Assembly: GCA_903828645.1 (NCBI GenBank)
Contig: CAIKNA010000122.1
Coordinates: forward strand, 3,563 to 67,562
Source: an uncultured Bacteroidales bacterium
Lineage (GTDB): Bacteria; Bacteroidota; Bacteroidia; Bacteroidales; FEN-979
Length of the DNA stretch: 64,000 nucleotides
Direction of reading: 5' to 3'
The notes below the pieces were generated by a model that saw only the letters and a program-made list of their open reading frames with translations, had not been told where the DNA came from and did not search any database. Both the position numbers and the translations under genes were made by a program. Of the stretch, positions 62,157 through 64,000 are shown piece by piece. Position 1 is the first letter of the stretch. The number at the start of each line of letters is the position of its first letter.

Positions 62157-63755
62157 TTACTGCTTCACAAACTTTCCAACCTGCACCGTCCTTTCATCCC
62201 TAACCCGCACAAAATAAACCCCGCTGGGCAAGTTGCTGATATCAAATTGCGTTTTGGGTTCGGTGATTTTACGGGCAATCATTACCTGACCGCTCACATT
62301 CAAAATTGATAATTGGCTTTTGGCAGATGTTACAGAGGTTTCGATGGTGATGTGGTTAAATGCAGGGTTGGGGTATATTAGCCATCCACCATTGATGGTT
62401 AAATTCTCCACAGATAAATGGTTGCAAGTTGTATCTACTTCTGCCTGACTATTACAGCCAACCGCATTGTCGTGAATCTCAATGGTGCCGTTTGGACCGC
62501 CCAAATAATCGCATATGCTTTTCACCGCACAATTTGACAAGGAAGTGTTGCCTGTAATGGTTAATGCTGAAATGGAGTTGGAATTTATCTTTTCCAACCC
62601 GTTCAGGCTGACCAGTGCTGAATCGTAATTAATAACAAGTGCTCCTGCAATGGAAGTGAGATTTTCAAACCCATTAAGGCTGGTCAGTGCCGGACTATTG
62701 ATGACACGAAGGAATCCACCAATGGATTGGACATTGTTCAATCCTGTCAGGCTCGACAAATCTGGATTAGAATAAATTGCGACATATGATCCTATGGTAT
62801 GCAAACTATGCAGAGCGTTTATGTTTGTCAGCTTTCGATTATCATCAATCTGCATATAACCCCCAATTGTTGTCAGACTGTCTAACCCAGTCAGGCTGGT
62901 CAACCCATAGTTGGAATCAATTTGAAGGTAAGAACCTAATGACTTCACATTATTCAACCCTTCCAAATCGGATAAAGCATCATTCCAATAGATTACAAGT
63001 CTTCCCCCGATAGATTTGACATTCAACAATCCTGCAAGACTGGTGAGAGCATACATTCTGGAAATCTCAAGGTTTCCAACAATAGAAGTCAAGTTATGAA
63101 GTTCCATTAAGTTAGTCAATGCCGGGTTGTCGGATAATCTGAGACTCCCTCCAATGGTAATAACATTTTTCAACCCTGAAAGACTTGTAAGGGAAGCATT
63201 GGAAGAAATTTCCACACGAGCCCCGAAGATATTAGACCCGATTGAACTTAAACCTTCCAGTCCCGCAGTGCTTATCAATGAGTCGTTAAATTGAATCGCC
63301 AATGCTCCAAGGTAAGAAAGGTTGTTTAGCCCTGTAAGATTAATTAATACAGGGTTTACAAAAATCGTAAAAAATCCTTCGATGTGGCTCAATCTTTCCA
63401 TTCCGGATAGACTGGTCAGCTTGTCGTTGTTTTCCAACGTGAATGATCCGCCAACATTGGTCAGGTTATCAAGTCCGGTTAAACGAGTCAGACTTGTTGC
63501 AGATCCTGCCTGTCCAATCCTAAGGTTTCCACCAATGGACGATATGACGCCAAGCCCATTCAAGTTTGTAATGTCCTCACCAATTATTGTAACATCTCCC
63601 TCAATCTGCGTACAGTTCGGAAAATTTATATGAAAATTATCAATCTCAGATTGTCTTGTAAAAGTAATTCCATCAGGCAGACAGGATTGTGATGACCCAG
63701 TGACTGAAAGAAATAGCCCGAATAAAAGAATGAATAGTTTTTTCATGATGCTCAA
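62157..63755 (-). CDS. T9SS cargo: leucine-rich-repeat (BspA-like, ~22-aa unit) surface protein plus C-terminal sorting domain
   Basis: 532 aa with a signal peptide and ~14 repeats of L(T/S)SL.GL.N(L/V).(S/T)IGG.L.I..N..L. The CTD reads LIYPNPAFNHITI...GVYFVRVRDERTVQVGKFVKQ. Confidence 0.8.
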   Translation of the reverse strand: MSIMKKLFILLFGLFLSVTGSSQSCLPDGITFTRQSEIDNFHINFPNCTQIEGDVTIIGEDITNLNGLGVISSIGGNLRIGQAGSATSLTRLTGLDNLTNVGGSFTLENNDKLTSLSGMERLSHIEGFFTIFVNPVLINLTGLNNLSYLGALAIQFNDSLISTAGLEGLSSIGSNIFGARVEISSNASLTSLSGLKNVITIGGSLRLSDNPALTNLMELHNLTSIVGNLEISRMYALTSLAGLLNVKSIGGRLVIYWNDALSDLEGLNNVKSLGSYLQIDSNYGLTSLTGLDSLTTIGGYMQIDDNRKLTNINALHSLHTIGSYVAIYSNPDLSSLTGLNNVQSIGGFLRVINSPALTSLNGFENLTSIAGALVINYDSALVSLNGLEKINSNSISALTITGNTSLSNCAVKSICDYLGGPNGTIEIHDNAVGCNSQAEVDTTCNHLSVENLTINGGWLIYPNPAFNHITIETSVTSAKSQLSILNVSGQVMIARKITEPKTQFDISNLPSGVYFVRVRDERTVQVGKFVKQ

Positions 63756-64000
63756 AACATTATAATTGAAAATCCTCAGATATCATTATGTTTGGCATTC
63801 TCCCAAAGAATCATCTAATATACAACAAAATGAAGTTTTAAGGTATTTAGTTTAGAATTTGTGAAAACAATCACAAGTGTTTGTTTGACAGTGAGGTAAC
63901 CTGTGTCCATCAACGCACCATAAGCATGGCTGAAATGCTGAGGATTAATCTATACGTCAGTTTAAACAGTTTTCTGCCGGGGCCTTCCTTAAGAATTTAA

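Overview
This 64-kb chromosomal window looks like an anaerobic Bacteroidota genome. It has T9SS C-terminal sorting domains, PorQ-like, GWxTD, DUF5683- and DUF4294-type genes, TAnnTTTG promoter boxes ahead of tRNAs, and a split transketolase. I can support about 58 protein-coding genes, 3 tRNAs (Leu-UAG, His-GUG, Ser-UGA), one TPP riboswitch, four intrinsic terminators and a set of short tandem repeats. Most of 21-60 kb is housekeeping: truA, split tkt, ftsK, lepB, dapB, parAB, nusB, ispH, recF, clpXP, tig, tpx, smpB, aroQ. Five things stand out. (i) A 10-gene minus-strand operon at 2.6-11.1 kb encodes a trimeric bifurcating-type [FeFe]-hydrogenase (HydA/B/C plus an extra 2Fe-2S ferredoxin). 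It is preceded by a six-gene module: two DRTGG proteins, two GHKL kinase-like ATPases, a PHP phosphoesterase, and a HydS-like degenerate hydrogenase with a Cx2Cx4Cx16C tail but no PAS domain. This is a candidate, mechanistically uncharacterised H2-sensing signalling system and my best guess for the novel system here. (ii) A second trimeric hydrogenase locus at 17.7-21.2 kb has a catalytic subunit reading TSCSPGW instead of TSCCPGW, and its NuoF-like subunit lacks the accessory Fe-S domains. (iii) Tandem repeats of 7-bp (or 10-11-bp) period recur in several intergenic spacers. (iv) Trigger factor ends in a (His-Asp)n tail encoded by a hexanucleotide microsatellite. (v) A tRNA-Ser-linked, AT-richer islet carries a decayed Fic (mobile mystery protein B-like) gene and two T9SS cargo genes that share a near-identical C-terminal cassette. 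All family assignments come from motif recognition by eye; no searches were run.
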